44,789 nucleotides of DNA from Candidatus Rokubacteria bacterium GWC2_70_16 (GTDB taxonomy: Bacteria; Methylomirabilota; Methylomirabilia; Rokubacteriales; CSP1-6). Below the pieces are notes generated by a model. It was not told where the DNA came from. It ran no database searches and was given only the letters and a program-made list of their open reading frames with translations. Shown here piece by piece: positions 42,174 to 44,789 of the stretch (position 1 is the stretch's first letter; each line of letters begins with the position of its first letter). The translations under genes and the position numbers were made by a program. Location: positions 1 to 44,789 of the forward strand of contig MGBV01000283.1 of NCBI GenBank assembly GCA_001788415.1. Reading direction: 5' to 3'.

Positions 42174-42517
42174 CTCCCCTCGACTGCGACCGAGTCCCTC
42201 ACCCAGCGCGCATAGGCGGCTGACCCCACCTCGACCGCCAGCGCCAGCACCTCGGGCACGGAATACGGATGCAGCTCCAGCACGCGATGCTCGAGCGCCG
42301 CGTACCGGCGAGTCTCCGTCTTGACGACCAGCAGCGCCTCCGGGGTCTCCTGCCGCTTCCCCTCCCACACGTAGATCGACGTCACGCCGGGGACCACGTT
42401 GACGCACGCCGCGAGCCGCTCGTCCACCAGCGTCCGGCCCAGCGCGAGCGCGTCACCCGTGGAGGGGGCGGTGACGAGGACGACGAGCGTCCGGCCCGGC
42501 TCCCGGCCCTCGGTCAC
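42170..42517 (-). CDS. cutA: Divalent-cation tolerance protein CutA
   Basis: 115 aa from GTG 42517, which sits in a GTGA overlap with the SPOR gene stop. CutA1-like core ACVNVVPGVTSIYVWEGK...YSVPEV. Confidence 0.8.
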   Translation of the reverse strand: MTEGREPGRTLVVLVTAPSTGDALALGRTLVDERLAACVNVVPGVTSIYVWEGKRQETPEALLVVKTETRRYAALEHRVLELHPYSVPEVLALAVEVGSAAYARWVRDSVAVEGR

Positions 42518-43437
42518 CGTGGTGCGCCTTGCGTGATGAACGTGGCGAGGCCGTGGCCCTCCACCTCCCTGCGTCCCGCCTCGGCCGCGGCGCGGCTCGG
42601 GTAGCCCCCAACGCGGACGATGTGATACGTGGCGGGCGCTCCGTCTCCGGCGCGGCGGATCTTCACGCTGAGCCCGTCGCCTGCAAGCCTCCGGGACAGC
42701 GCCACGGCCTCGCGAAGCTCGAGAGGGGGCCGCACGACGACCACGGCGCCGGTCTGCTGGGCCGTGCCGCTTCCGCCCAAGGCCGCACTCACCGCCTCCA
42801 CGCTCGCCCCGCTGACGACGACCTCGTGCCGGGCGGCGGCGGACTGCACCCGTGTCACCTGCGCCACCTGGACCTGGAGCTTCCGGCTCCTGAGGCTGAC
42901 AGCGAGGCGCTCGGCGTTGCGCGCGTCCTGGAAGGCTCCGACCTGGACCCAGTAGCTTCCCGCCGCCGCGGCGGCCGGGCGCGAGGCTTCGCGGGGGGCA
43001 TCCGCCGCCTTGGGCTCGGCACCCTCCGGCCTCGGTCGGGAGCGCGGCGCCGCTTCGCGCGGTGCGGGCGTGGGCGCCTCGGCGCGGCGGGTCGGGGCCC
43101 CGGGCTGCCGCTCGGGCGGAGGGACGGGCTGGATCAACTCCGTCTTGCGCGCGGCCCCTGGCATTGCCGCGGGGGGCGATGCGGCAGGCGCAGCCGGCGC
43201 CGGAGGGGGAGGCGCGGCCGGGACCGGAGCCGGAGGCGCCGTGATCCGGGCCTGAGGCCGAGGCTCGGGGGGCGCTCCGTCGAACCATCGCAGCAGGTAG
43301 GGCACCGCGATCACGAGCATCACCGCCAGCGCCCCGAGCACCAGCAGCGCACGGAACCACCCCGACGCGAGGATGCTCCGGGGAGAGAACCGCCCTCGGT
43401 CGTCGTCGTCGAGATACTCTTCGCGGTCTGGGCTCAC
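42514..43437 (-). CDS. SPOR-domain (peptidoglycan-binding) membrane protein
   Basis: 307 aa with a GTG start. One TM helix, a Pro/Ala-rich linker, then two SPOR-like repeats (SYWVQVGAFQDARNAERL... and YHIVRVGGYPSRAAAEA...). Confidence 0.8.
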   Translation of the reverse strand: MSPDREEYLDDDDRGRFSPRSILASGWFRALLVLGALAVMLVIAVPYLLRWFDGAPPEPRPQARITAPPAPVPAAPPPPAPAAPAASPPAAMPGAARKTELIQPVPPPERQPGAPTRRAEAPTPAPREAAPRSRPRPEGAEPKAADAPREASRPAAAAAGSYWVQVGAFQDARNAERLAVSLRSRKLQVQVAQVTRVQSAAARHEVVVSGASVEAVSAALGGSGTAQQTGAVVVVRPPLELREAVALSRRLAGDGLSVKIRRAGDGAPATYHIVRVGGYPSRAAAEAGRREVEGHGLATFITQGAPR

Positions 43438-43446
43438 GCTGGCGGA

Positions 43447-43474
43447 ATTCTAGCACACAGGTCTGCCGGGGCAA
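43447..43474 (-). promoter_or_regulatory. Extended -10 sigma70-type promoter of the SPOR-cutA-ihfA-merR operon
   Basis: The minus strand reads TTGCCC-N16-(TGc)TAGAAT. The -10 element ends only 9 nt upstream of the GTG start at 43437. Confidence 0.5.
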
Positions 43475-43576
43475 ACGCATTTTCCTCGGCGTTCTGCCTA
43501 GTTAGGCCCTGTCGGCTGAGAGAGCCGGGGGTCGCTCGACTGCCCGGCGTGGGAGCGGCCCCCACGGGAAGCCGGG

Positions 43577-44789
43577 CTATCGGCGAGCTGGCCCCGAAGC
43601 GCGCCCCTTGCGTCGCCCGCCGCCCTTCCGGAAGAGGAGGCGCACAGGCGAGCCCGCGAAGCCCTGCGCGTGCCGCAGGGAGTTGATCAGATAGCGCTCG
43701 TAGGAGAAGTGGATCTTGTCCGGGAAGTTCACGCGGAGCGCGAAGGTGGGCGGAGAGACCCCCACCTGCTGGGCGGACTGGATCCGCAGCGCCACGCCTC
43801 GCGACGACACGGGTCGCCGCTCGACGGCGGCGCGGAAGATCGACAGGATCTCCCCCGGCTGGACGCGGCGCTGCGCCTCGGAGGCGACCCGGTCCACCTG
43901 GTCGAACAGCTCCCCGAGTCCGCTGCCCTCGAGCCCCGAGGTGAAGCAGACGGGCGCGTAATCGAGGAATGGAAGCCGATCGTAGATCTGCCCCACCACG
44001 TCGGCCTTCTGGACCGAGCCCGGCGGGACGAGGTCCCACTTGTTGACGGCCAGAACGAGGGCGCGGCCCGCGTCGTGGGCGTAGCCCGCGATGTGGGCAT
44101 CCTGCGCGGTGACGCCCTCCGAGGCGTCGAGCAGGAGCACCGCCACCTGGCAGCGCTCGAGGCTCTTGAGGGCCATCACCACGGAGAGCTTCTCGAGGGG
44201 CTCCGAGACACGCCCCTTCCGGCGGATGCCCGCCGTGTCGATTAGCACGTAGGGCCGGCCCCGGAAGGTGAGGGGCGTGTCCACGGCATCGCGGGTCGTC
44301 CCCGGCGCCTCGTGCACGAGCACGCGCCGGTGGCCGAGGACGGCGTTGACCAGGGAGGACTTGCCCACATTGGGCCGTCCCACGATCGCGACGCGCGCGC
44401 CCCCGCCCTCGGGCGCGGCCACGGGGGCGGGCGCCAGGTCGCGGACGGCCTCCAGCAGCTCGGCCACGCCGCGGCCGTGCTCGGCGGAGACGGGCAGCAC
44501 GCGTGTGAACCCGAGGCGGTAGCACTCCCCCAGCTGCGCCTCCTGCCCGGCGCCGTCAATCTTGTTCGCCGCGATGACCACGGGCCGCTGGCTCCGGCGC
44601 AGCGTGGCGGCGATCTCCGTGTCGAGCGGCGTGAGCCCCTCCCGCGCGTCGACCACGAACACGATCACATCCGCCTCGTCGATGGCGACCATGATCTGCT
44701 CGCGCACGGCGGTCATGAGGTCCGAGGTGGCGCCGGGCTCGAAGCCGCCCGTGTCCACGACGGTCGCCTGCCAGCGCTCGAAGGCCACG
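43577..44789 (-). CDS. der: Ribosome-associated GTPase Der (EngA), N-terminally truncated by window edge
   Basis: Tandem GTPase domains: DTGGFE from domain 1, then GRPNVGKSSL, DTAGIRR and NKWD from domain 2, plus a KH-like C-terminus. The reading frame runs off the right edge of the window. Confidence 0.9.
   Translation of the reverse strand, partial: VAFERWQATVVDTGGFEPGATSDLMTAVREQIMVAIDEADVIVFVVDAREGLTPLDTEIAATLRRSQRPVVIAANKIDGAGQEAQLGECYRLGFTRVLPVSAEHGRGVAELLEAVRDLAPAPVAAPEGGGARVAIVGRPNVGKSSLVNAVLGHRRVLVHEAPGTTRDAVDTPLTFRGRPYVLIDTAGIRRKGRVSEPLEKLSVVMALKSLERCQVAVLLLDASEGVTAQDAHIAGYAHDAGRALVLAVNKWDLVPPGSVQKADVVGQIYDRLPFLDYAPVCFTSGLEGSGLGELFDQVDRVASEAQRRVQPGEILSIFRAAVERRPVSSRGVALRIQSAQQVGVSPPTFALRVNFPDKIHFSYERYLINSLRHAQGFAGSPVRLLFRKGGGRRKGRASGPARR

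Noticed and set aside
42950-43260. Apparent repetitiveness in the SPOR gene.
   Set aside because: It is a Pro/Ala/Arg-rich low-complexity linker (PAPAAPPPPAPAAPAA...) typical of SPOR and periplasm-spanning proteins, not a DNA tandem repeat with a defined unit.

Overview
This is a very GC-rich (GC3-saturated) bacterial chromosomal segment. I call 44 protein-coding genes (2 truncated by the window edges), 3 tRNAs, a 47-bp repeat present in two inverted copies, four promoter-like sites, two candidate operator sites and one intrinsic terminator. The layout has three parts. (1) 593-25768, plus strand: a nearly gap-free 21-gene cluster led by a GntR/HutC regulator. It holds two hydantoinase A/B-type pairs, a family-5 binding protein, a thiolase plus DUF35 pair, a split B12 acyl-CoA mutase, a methylmalonyl-CoA-epimerase-like VOC protein, a family III CoA-transferase, a lone molybdenum-hydroxylase large subunit, a V4R protein, a complete LivHMJGF-type ABC transporter, an acyl-CoA dehydrogenase and a PaaK-like ligase. 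(2) 25.8-37.7 kb: a mixed region. It holds a bactofilin plus TPR operon and a Nudix plus B12-radical-SAM pair that converges on, and overlaps, a SPASM radical-SAM gene preceded by an uncharacterised Arg-rich protein. It also holds a histidine phosphatase, a secreted 12-Cys protein, a Pat-type acetyltransferase, an acyl-CoA synthetase and a cyclase. (3) 37.7-44.8 kb, minus strand: housekeeping genes in the order der, SPOR, cutA, ihfA, merR, tRNA-Pro, surE, pcm, tRNA-Pro, acyP, LysM-M23, sigma factor, tRNA-Arg. I saw no CRISPR array, transposase, integrase, phage gene or recognisable toxin-antitoxin or defence gene. The best candidates for undescribed biology are the radical-SAM locus (27.0-30.7 kb), the rpoS-position sigma factor that lacks region 4, the inverted repeats bracketing a four-gene module inside the big operon, and the unusual enzyme mix of that operon. 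All functional calls rest on motifs and architectures I recognise by eye; no database search was run.
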